Origin: Candidatus Omnitrophota bacterium | GTDB lineage: Bacteria > Omnitrophota > Gorgyraeia > Duberdicusellales > Duberdicusellaceae | DNA length: 64,000 nt | Assembly: GCA_016932855.1 (NCBI GenBank) | Contig: JAFGCB010000024.1 | Location: forward strand, 2,813 to 66,812 | Reading direction: 5' to 3' | Part shown: piece after piece, positions 57,626 through 64,000 of the stretch | Layout of the letters: every line of letters begins with the position of its first letter | Numbering within the stretch: position 1 is the first letter of the stretch | Program-made: the position numbers and the translations under genes | Notes under the pieces: generated by a model | Told to the model about the DNA's origin: nothing | The model's database searches: none | Seen by the model: the letters and a program-made list of their open reading frames with translations, nothing else

Positions 57626-58552
57626 TTATGAAGGTGTTAGTATAACATCGCCCGGCCGGCAGTTCAAGTGCTTGGCTACAACCGGACATTTAGCCCGAAA
57701 TAGAAAAAATATATGGTTATGTCCTGACGACAAGGCTTCAAAATTACCTTGTCCCTTGCTAATTATTAAATCCGCCGCTTTCAAAACCTTAACGAAACTT
57801 TTTGAACAGAATTCAAGTATAGCACCCGGAGCGTCACAACCGCTGGATATCACTTTTGCTATTTTGTCGATTCCGCAAAAAAAGGCGTCTTCGATTAAGG
57901 CGTCGTTTATTATCGGTTTCCCCCTCACGGCAAAAACCAAATCTTTGTCCTGCCATTTATTTATTATTTCTTCGATTAAAACCTTGTCAAAAACAATCTC
58001 GCCAGCGTTATCAGCGATATAAAGGATAGTTTTTGCCGCTCGCAAAGCATTTTTGAATTCTTTATAACGAAATGTAGCTTTAGCATGCGGCTTATGGATA
58101 TTAAAATTACCGTTTAGGAAATCGTCAACTTCTTTTTCTACATCAAGGCAATTCTTAACTCCCAAGTCAATGATATTTCCTCGGCAGGCAAGCTCAACAG
58201 CCATCAGCAAAGGATCAGGCGATGTCATCACTTTTTTCTTTAGATGCCTGTATAACTTAAGCGCTAATTTGTTGCTTTTTTTCTTAACGGCTAAATACGG
58301 GTCGGGACATCTAGTCTGTTTTTTAGCGATTTTATAAGCCAGGCGTCCCATATAAGGCGGGCTTTTTTTTAAGCGGTGTTTCGGTATGGCCATAGCCAGC
58401 TTATCCAGAATTCGCTTTTGGACTTTGGGGCTAGCTTTAGCCAGTCTTCCGGCCTCTAAGGCCTGCTTAAAAAAACACGGTATGCAATCTAGATAAGTTT
58501 TCATTGTCAGGTCAGGTTTTGTCCGTCCGTGGCCCGAATAACCCCGTTCCAA
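57626..58552 (-). CDS. ARMT1-like/DUF89 damage-control phosphatase
   Basis: CIPC, DPY, GNIID, DNAGEIVFD, INDA, SKGQGNFE; likely start 58504. Confidence 0.9.
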   Translation of the reverse strand: MERGYSGHGRTKPDLTMKTYLDCIPCFFKQALEAGRLAKASPKVQKRILDKLAMAIPKHRLKKSPPYMGRLAYKIAKKQTRCPDPYLAVKKKSNKLALKLYRHLKKKVMTSPDPLLMAVELACRGNIIDLGVKNCLDVEKEVDDFLNGNFNIHKPHAKATFRYKEFKNALRAAKTILYIADNAGEIVFDKVLIEEIINKWQDKDLVFAVRGKPIINDALIEDAFFCGIDKIAKVISSGCDAPGAILEFCSKSFVKVLKAADLIISKGQGNFEALSSGHNHIFFLFRAKCPVVAKHLNCRPGDVILTPS

Positions 58553-59174
58553 TCCGTACCATATTCGCGCCTTCTTCTATGGCAATTTTAAAGGAATCGC
58601 TCATGCCCATGGAAAGATACCGCCAGGTTAAATTATCGTGGTGTAATGATTTTGCGCTATCAAAGAGATCTTTAGCTTGCCGAAAGTACGGCCTTAAACC
58701 TTCGGGGTTATCCCGGAAAGGGCCCATGGTCATAAGACCCATAATCTTGATATTTCCAAGCGTTACTATTTTTCGTACGGATTCGTTGACTTCCTCGGGC
58801 ATAAACCCGTATTTTTGAGGCTCTTTAGCTATGTTTATCTCGATCAACGCCGGCATAACTTTATTTATTTTTTTGCATTCAGCGTCTATAACGTTTGCGA
58901 GTTCAAGAGAATCAAGGCTTTGTATCAAGTCAAACATCTCGACAGCCTTTTTAACTTTATTTTTCTGCAAGTGGCCTATAAGATGCCATTCCGCTTTATT
59001 TCCTATTAGATTGATTTTTTCCCCGGCTTCGCTTACGTAGCTTTCCCCGAGAATCTTTACTCCTGCTTCAAGCACTTCGAGAATTTCCTGAACAACTCTT
59101 TTTTTTGTTGCCGCAACAAGAGTTACGTTTTCAGGCAGGCAGGCAATTATTTTTTTTGTATTATTTTTGATCAT
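58512..59174 (-). CDS. yggS: YggS family PLP homeostasis protein
   Basis: WHLIGHLQKNK, GLMTM, LSMGMS, VRIGT. Confidence 0.95.
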   Translation of the reverse strand: MIKNNTKKIIACLPENVTLVAATKKRVVQEILEVLEAGVKILGESYVSEAGEKINLIGNKAEWHLIGHLQKNKVKKAVEMFDLIQSLDSLELANVIDAECKKINKVMPALIEINIAKEPQKYGFMPEEVNESVRKIVTLGNIKIMGLMTMGPFRDNPEGLRPYFRQAKDLFDSAKSLHHDNLTWRYLSMGMSDSFKIAIEEGANMVRIGTGLFGPRTDKT

Positions 59175-60105
59175 CAGTCCTTTTGACAGCTGCCGTAAAA
59201 AAATTTTTGCGGCTGTAGAATTTCTGCATAATCTTATTTTTTCTAAGAAGGGACTTTATAATTTTATCAAAAGCGGCATCATCTATAGCCAGCGAGTTTA
59301 TCAAGTCTTTTGCCGTTGCAGGGCGCCGTAGAAGATAAGTTAATATCTGCGTTCGGGCTTTAGATGGAGATGTTTGTTGTTTGTTTTTGAAAGGCGAAAT
59401 GACTTCGACCGCGCAGCCCAGGATCTTCTTAATCGTCTTTATTTTTTCAAAAGAAGGAATTTTAACCTGATTTTCCGAAGGCCGCGTTGGTAAATTAAGC
59501 TGTACCTTATCCGGGCGAATTCGCGAGATTATTTTGCGGAATTTAATTGCTTCGGAAACCGAATCGTTACGCCCGGCTACAAGCATTATTTCCAGCCAAA
59601 TTTCACCTTTAAAATTCTTTTTTAAGGCTTTAAGGCCGGAAATTATTTTATCAACGGCAAGGCTTTTATGGGGATTATTTATGTTTTTGAAAACCCTCGG
59701 GCTTACTGCGTCCAAAGACGGAATGATTAAATCAATTTCTTTTATTTCGTTTCTTACGTCTTTTCGATGAAGTAAAGACGAATTGGTAATCAGGCAGACC
59801 GGGTATTTATTTTTTGTTATTTTTTTTACTGCCGAAACTATTTTATCCAGATCTTTATGCAGTGTCGGCTCGCCGCAGCCGGAAAGGGTTATGTAATCGA
59901 TTTTCACCCTTCGCTTGATTATCTGCCTGAGTTCTTTTTTAAGTCTTTGCAAATTGACCGATGAAAATCTGCGAAGGCTTTTCCGGGTCGTTTTTCCCAG
60001 CTGGCAGTAAACACAGTCAAAAGAACATATTTTCCTGGGTATTAAATCAAGCCCCAGAGAAAAACCTAGACGGCGTGAAGGAACCGGCCCGTAAAAATAA
60101 GTCAT
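59161..60105 (-). CDS. Radical SAM protein
   Basis: YGPVPSRRLGFSLG, CSFDCVYCQ, GEPTL. Confidence 0.9.
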   Translation of the reverse strand: MTYFYGPVPSRRLGFSLGLDLIPRKICSFDCVYCQLGKTTRKSLRRFSSVNLQRLKKELRQIIKRRVKIDYITLSGCGEPTLHKDLDKIVSAVKKITKNKYPVCLITNSSLLHRKDVRNEIKEIDLIIPSLDAVSPRVFKNINNPHKSLAVDKIISGLKALKKNFKGEIWLEIMLVAGRNDSVSEAIKFRKIISRIRPDKVQLNLPTRPSENQVKIPSFEKIKTIKKILGCAVEVISPFKNKQQTSPSKARTQILTYLLRRPATAKDLINSLAIDDAAFDKIIKSLLRKNKIMQKFYSRKNFFTAAVKRTDDQK

Positions 60106-60162
60106 ACTGCTTAAATTTTAATTATATGCAACGCTTTTGTTTCAAACAAAAAATCTTGCATT

Positions 60163-60474
60163 TCAAAGATGGGGCTTAAATTTAGACTCAATTTCTTCTT
60201 TTGTAAGGGTGCCGGAGGCGGTTGTTAGGATTTTACCTTCTTTAAATACCGCTACTGTAGGCATACTCATGATTCCGTAAGCGGAAGCGGTGCGGGGGGA
60301 ATCCTCTATGTTTAATTTGCAGACTTTAAGACGATCTTTGTAATCTTCTGCTATTTTATCGATAATCGGCGAGAGTATTTTGCAAGGCATGCACCAGCTT
60401 GCCCAGAAATCGACCAGAACAGTTTTGTCGGTTTGAAGGACTTCTTTTTTAAAGTTAGCGTCGGTTACAACCAT
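60163..60474 (-). CDS. trxA: Thioredoxin
   Basis: DFWASWCMPCK; AGGAGG RBS. Confidence 0.93.
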   Translation of the reverse strand: MVVTDANFKKEVLQTDKTVLVDFWASWCMPCKILSPIIDKIAEDYKDRLKVCKLNIEDSPRTASAYGIMSMPTVAVFKEGKILTTASGTLTKEEIESKFKPHL

Positions 60475-60530
60475 AGCGGTATTTCCTCCTTTCAGTTGTC
60501 TAGTGTCACGTGTTATTGCGATTTAACAAA

Positions 60531-60626
60531 CGCGCCCGGCAGGACTTCCCCGCCTCCTTGATTTTTATTTTCGGCGGGGTCCCGCTGTGCATAGTCAGTC
60601 ATATTAAGGTTGCGGGAGAACCTGCA
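60531..60626 (-). pseudogene. 3' fragment of a tRNA (Arg-like) with a 70-bp double-hairpin insertion in the T-loop
   Basis: Removing 60548-60617 restores GCAGG-TTCAAGT-CCTGC-CGGGCGC-G. Confidence 0.7.
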
Positions 60627-60660
60627 CACCCTTATTTCAAAGATTTACCTAAAACAAGAA

Positions 60661-60734
60661 TGCGCCCGGGGTGACTTGAACACCCAACCCCTTGGTTCGT
60701 AGCCAAGTACTCTATCCAGTTGAGCTACGGGCGC
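60661..60734 (-). tRNA. tRNA-Arg(ACG)
   Basis: GCGCCCGTAGCTCAACTGGATAGAG...CTTGG-CTACGAA-CCAAG...GGGTGTTCAAGTCACCC-CGGGCGCA. Confidence 0.96.
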
Positions 60735-60880
60735 AATATTTCGTAATGCGTAATGCGTTGTGCGTAACGTGTATCAAATACTTATTTATTTTACTATTAT
60801 ATAAAAAGAACTTTTTTCTACCGTAGTGAAATTGTATAGCCGATTGCGAGCCACCTTAATATTTTGTTTATTAAGGCTAG

Positions 60881-60923
60881 TCCGCCGAAGCTCTTTTAGA
60901 GCGAAGGCGGAAGCTACGGGCGC
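60881..60923 (-). repeat. REP-like palindrome abutting a 12-bp copy of the tRNA-Arg 5' end
   Basis: tccgccgaagctc...gagcgaaggcgga next to agctacgggcgc (reverse complement GCGCCCGTAGCT). Confidence 0.6.
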
Positions 60924-61069
60924 TAAATGAAAAATAGCTAATGGCGTATGGCCGATAGTTTTTCGCATTATAAGCCATTAGCTGTTAGCCATTCGCTATT
61001 AAGGAGCGATTTTATCACGCTGCCGACAGGTTCTCAAGGAAAATATCCGATAAAATTAGGTAGGTTAGT

Positions 61070-61549
61070 TTATTGTTTTTGATTCTCGGCAGGATCATCT
61101 GGCCTAGTCTGGTTTAAAGGGGTAATGAATTCTTCAAGCAGGTCAGTTACAAAAAGCTCCTGCTTAAAGCCTGTTTCTTTATCTTCAAGAATGACAGAAT
61201 TGAGGTTGATTTTTTTTATTATGTGGTCGTTTACCGAATCGCCCGCTTCGTAATATTGAGTTCCGATAAGAGCTTTTGGGGTCGCATCGCTAAGAAAGAC
61301 TCCTCGCAAGACAAACTTTATTTTTTTCGGCTGCATCATAAAATCCTCGATTAGTTTATTCATTTCGGGAGTCCGGGAGATTAATTTTTCCGCTTCCGTA
61401 AGCTCGTTCCGTAAACGAGAAAGATTCTTGATTTGGATTTTACTTTGGCCGTGAATATAAAAAAGCGCAATTATAATAACAATAATAGCAATTAAACGAA
61501 AACGAATTGCCGGGTCGATAAAAATGTATTTCAAAAAATTAATTTTCAC
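61070..61549 (-). CDS. Hypothetical membrane-anchored protein, type IV pilus/T2SS accessory-like
   Basis: One TM, coiled coil and a small beta domain (L.G..ALI...GD..IKKI..V.L); pilus gene context. Confidence 0.5.
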   Translation of the reverse strand: MKINFLKYIFIDPAIRFRLIAIIVIIIALFYIHGQSKIQIKNLSRLRNELTEAEKLISRTPEMNKLIEDFMMQPKKIKFVLRGVFLSDATPKALIGTQYYEAGDSVNDHIIKKINLNSVILEDKETGFKQELFVTDLLEEFITPLNQTRPDDPAENQKQ

Positions 61550-62492
61550 GAGTTAGCTTCTCCAGTTTTTCCTTAAGGGCCTTGGCTTGCTGATATTGCT
61601 CAGAGGCCAGGTATTCATAGTTACGGCGGATGGTTTTTTCGGTTTTTAACATATCCGAAACGGAAACCAGAACGATTATAAGACTTGCAGTAATTATGAT
61701 ATTGAGCAGTCCCAGTACGGCTCGACGCAGGCCAAGACTTAAGGCGTGTTTTCTTAGCAGGTTTATTTTGAAGAATTTATCCGCGTTGTAGGCGTGGAAA
61801 TCAGAGTTCATGGGGCGGCTGGTTTCAATCTCGGCATCCAGCTCGGCCTTAAGCCGGTCAATAAGTTCGTCTTTCTCGGATGAATATGGACAAAGGTAGA
61901 TTTTGGTAATTTTTTTGCTTCTGCCTTTTGTGTAACTGTACTTTAGCGAACCCAGTATTTTTTTCCTTGCTTCATCCAGGCTGTCGTAGAGAATTTCGCG
62001 CAGCAATATGCATTTTGAATTGTCGAATACCGCAAGCCTCAGCACTGCCTCGGTTGAAAAATCCAAAAGACAGAAGTTTTCATCAGGAATTTTATTTTTT
62101 TCCAGAAAAGAATTTACAGTCGTGAGGATCGCGGCAGTTGCGCTTACCGGAATAGTTTTCTTTTTGTAGCAAATCGCGGCATATTCGCGTATAAGCTTGG
62201 CTGACGACGCCGCAAAAACACCGTTTATCCTTTTTTCAGAAACACTAAGGATTTGATAATCAATTTCTGTTTGAGAAGGATTAAGAGAAAGCAGTGAAAC
62301 CGCTTCGAGCTTGAGACTTTCTCTAAGCTCGGATAAAGATAATTGAGGAAGGTCGAATTGGCCGGTTACAACCTGAGGATTCGGGATACTAAGGGCGACA
62401 AGAGGCCATTTCTTCTTTTTCGCGAGAGGGGTTAATTTTTCCTCTAATTGTTGAGCTGAGCCGATTTCGAGATTTATTACGTTGTTTTTCAC
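61539..62492 (-). CDS. PilM/PilN-like type IV pilus assembly protein
   Basis: IDYQ, LLDF, INLL followed by a TM; downstream of the pilin genes. Confidence 0.6.
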   Translation of the reverse strand: MKNNVINLEIGSAQQLEEKLTPLAKKKKWPLVALSIPNPQVVTGQFDLPQLSLSELRESLKLEAVSLLSLNPSQTEIDYQILSVSEKRINGVFAASSAKLIREYAAICYKKKTIPVSATAAILTTVNSFLEKNKIPDENFCLLDFSTEAVLRLAVFDNSKCILLREILYDSLDEARKKILGSLKYSYTKGRSKKITKIYLCPYSSEKDELIDRLKAELDAEIETSRPMNSDFHAYNADKFFKINLLRKHALSLGLRRAVLGLLNIIITASLIIVLVSVSDMLKTEKTIRRNYEYLASEQYQQAKALKEKLEKLTREN

Positions 62493-62506
62493 AAGTTCGA
62501 TTAATC

Positions 62507-63382
62507 TTAGAATACTTCCTGCCAGGTTAAGACTTCGTACCGGCCCTGCTCAGGGGTACCGCCGAAGGCTTCGCTTACTGCCCTGGCATCGTATTCTATT
62601 GTGGGGTTCCCGGTAAGTTTTGTATCGACTGTCAGGCCGCATTCAACAAAAACAGAACCATAAATTTCAGGATTTCCAGCACCTACTTGCAGAGTACCTA
62701 AAATATATAGAACACCGGTAAAAATCCCCCCGCTTATCTTGGCATCGCCGTCAACAATAAGTATGCCGTCACCTTTCCAGTGTTCATTTGTGATCTGAAA
62801 GACATTATTATCGGTTAGCGTAACCCAGGTGATGTCCTCGGCAATAAAATCATTAGGGCCGGGATTGACGTATTTGTTTACAGCTAAGTCGTACATTTCT
62901 TCGGGAGTTTTCTTAAAAAGATTATCAAAATTAAAGCTGGCGTATTCCTCATAGCCGCCAGCGATACACTCGCCGTTCTTGCAGTTTCCTTTAAGAGTAA
63001 TGGGTCCGGTTGCCTGAAGGGCTTTGCCTGCAGGAGGACCGGCTACAACTTTTATTTTTCTTTCTATTGAGCCGACAGTGCCTTTGGATTCAATGGTCCA
63101 GCGATAGACTAGCCCAGTATCAGGGTCAGGCGGAAAAGGGATTATCTCGGTCGAGTATCCTCCTTCTCCCAAAGAGCGGTTGAGAGTGTCGGTAGCAGGC
63201 AAATGATCGATCGCCTCTTCTATTCCGGCCTCAGCCAACCAAAAGGATTTTATGGAAGAAACCTTTTTATTGTAAGCAATACGGTGTAAGCCGGAGAAAT
63301 TTATACTGGCAAAGCCCAGGATAGTAAAGGCTAAAATTAAAGATAAAGTGATAGCCAATATTGAGGAACGTCTTTTTTTCAT
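62507..63382 (-). CDS. PilX-like minor pilin
   Basis: N-terminal hydrophobic helix, AEAGIEEA, IESKG, C-terminal WQE. Confidence 0.75.
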   Translation of the reverse strand: MKKRRSSILAITLSLILAFTILGFASINFSGLHRIAYNKKVSSIKSFWLAEAGIEEAIDHLPATDTLNRSLGEGGYSTEIIPFPPDPDTGLVYRWTIESKGTVGSIERKIKVVAGPPAGKALQATGPITLKGNCKNGECIAGGYEEYASFNFDNLFKKTPEEMYDLAVNKYVNPGPNDFIAEDITWVTLTDNNVFQITNEHWKGDGILIVDGDAKISGGIFTGVLYILGTLQVGAGNPEIYGSVFVECGLTVDTKLTGNPTIEYDARAVSEAFGGTPEQGRYEVLTWQEVF

Positions 63383-63855
63383 CAGTTTCGTTTAAGAACT
63401 TTTGTTGAAAAGTCAAAAGGATTTAGGTTTTGCTTTCCTACCAGACGAATCGAGAACAGATTGCCGTTTTTCGCAGGATAAAAATTAACTAGTCCCGATT
63501 GAAAAATTGTTTTCCGGATTGAAGTGTCGCTTCGGTCGGGAAGGTAAACAAAGGAAGCCATTTGATCCTGTGTAGAATTGTATACAGCAAAAGCGCTGTT
63601 GTCAATTATAAGGATATCGCTTGTCCAGGGAGGATTAGGCCAGGTGTTTTCGACCCAGGCTGAGTTAGCCGCTCTTAAGCGGTTTGCCGCAAGTTCAAAT
63701 CCGTAAAAAACATCATTATGTACCTGGGCTTGGTTGTGTATTGTCATATGGGATTTGTGACTCGCCAGAGAAATCGCTCCGATCATAAGAATTAGAATCC
63801 CGCCGATAATTAAACTGATAAGTAACTCGATTATGGTGAATCCTCTTTTTCGCAT
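63382..63855 (-). CDS. Prepilin-type N-terminal cleavage/methylation protein (PilW-like)
   Basis: KRGFTIIELLI. Confidence 0.88.
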   Translation of the reverse strand: MRKRGFTIIELLISLIIGGILILMIGAISLASHKSHMTIHNQAQVHNDVFYGFELAANRLRAANSAWVENTWPNPPWTSDILIIDNSAFAVYNSTQDQMASFVYLPDRSDTSIRKTIFQSGLVNFYPAKNGNLFSIRLVGKQNLNPFDFSTKVLKRN

Positions 63856-64000
63856 TATCTTTTGATGAGAGTATCCAAAGCAAACTGTTCGGGATTGCCT
63901 GAAGCAGGATCGGTCCAGTCGATTGTAATTTGAACATTTTTAGCGTTTGTACCGGATAGAGACCGTACATAAATTTTCTGCCAGGCTGTTAAATCTCCCA
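63855..64000 (-). CDS. C-terminal end of a PilV-like minor pilin (runs off the window)
   Basis: Manual translation ...KNVQITIDWTDPASGNPEQFALDTLIKR*; its stop overlaps the next ATG (TAATG). Confidence 0.55.
   Translation of the reverse strand, partial: GDLTAWQKIYVRSLSGTNAKNVQITIDWTDPASGNPEQFALDTLIKR

Noticed and set aside
60786-60968. 60-aa ORF near tRNA-Arg
   Set aside because: Made up of palindromic and repeat sequence; no coding signal

Overview
A 64-kb window of an AT-rich diderm bacterial chromosome (LptFG, MlaDEF and LolCDE-like genes together with mcsA-mcsB-clpC; tentatively PVC/Omnitrophota-like, which is inference only). Most genes are housekeeping and lie on the minus strand: smpB, pyrE, alr, tsaBE, thiL, mtnA, metG, holB, tmk, cysS, ispDF, radA, clpC, mcsAB, ilvE, lysS, trxA and type IV pilin-like genes, plus two tRNAs. 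The notable part is a ~20-kb accessory block (about 21.9-41.4 kb) that splits the normally adjacent ispD and ispF. It encodes a dedicated type II FAS/PKS (FabG, ACP, FabZ, an active KS and a catalytically dead KS) and tailoring enzymes (B12 radical SAM, phytoene-desaturase-like flavoprotein, nitroreductase, thioester-reductase-like SDR, START-fused acyl-ACP reductase, PlsC). It also carries a PilZ-fused PhcB-like methyltransferase, two single-domain response regulators and two 7TM sensor kinases, with a third paralog just outside. This reads as a candidate fatty-acid-derived signal synthesis and sensing system, and its core resembles the anammox ladderane-candidate cluster. The window also has GxxExxY nuclease genes flanked by inverted repeat arms that recur as empty copies elsewhere, tRNA-Arg fragments interrupted by hairpins, and a candidate sRNA. 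All calls come from reading motifs by eye; no database searches were run.
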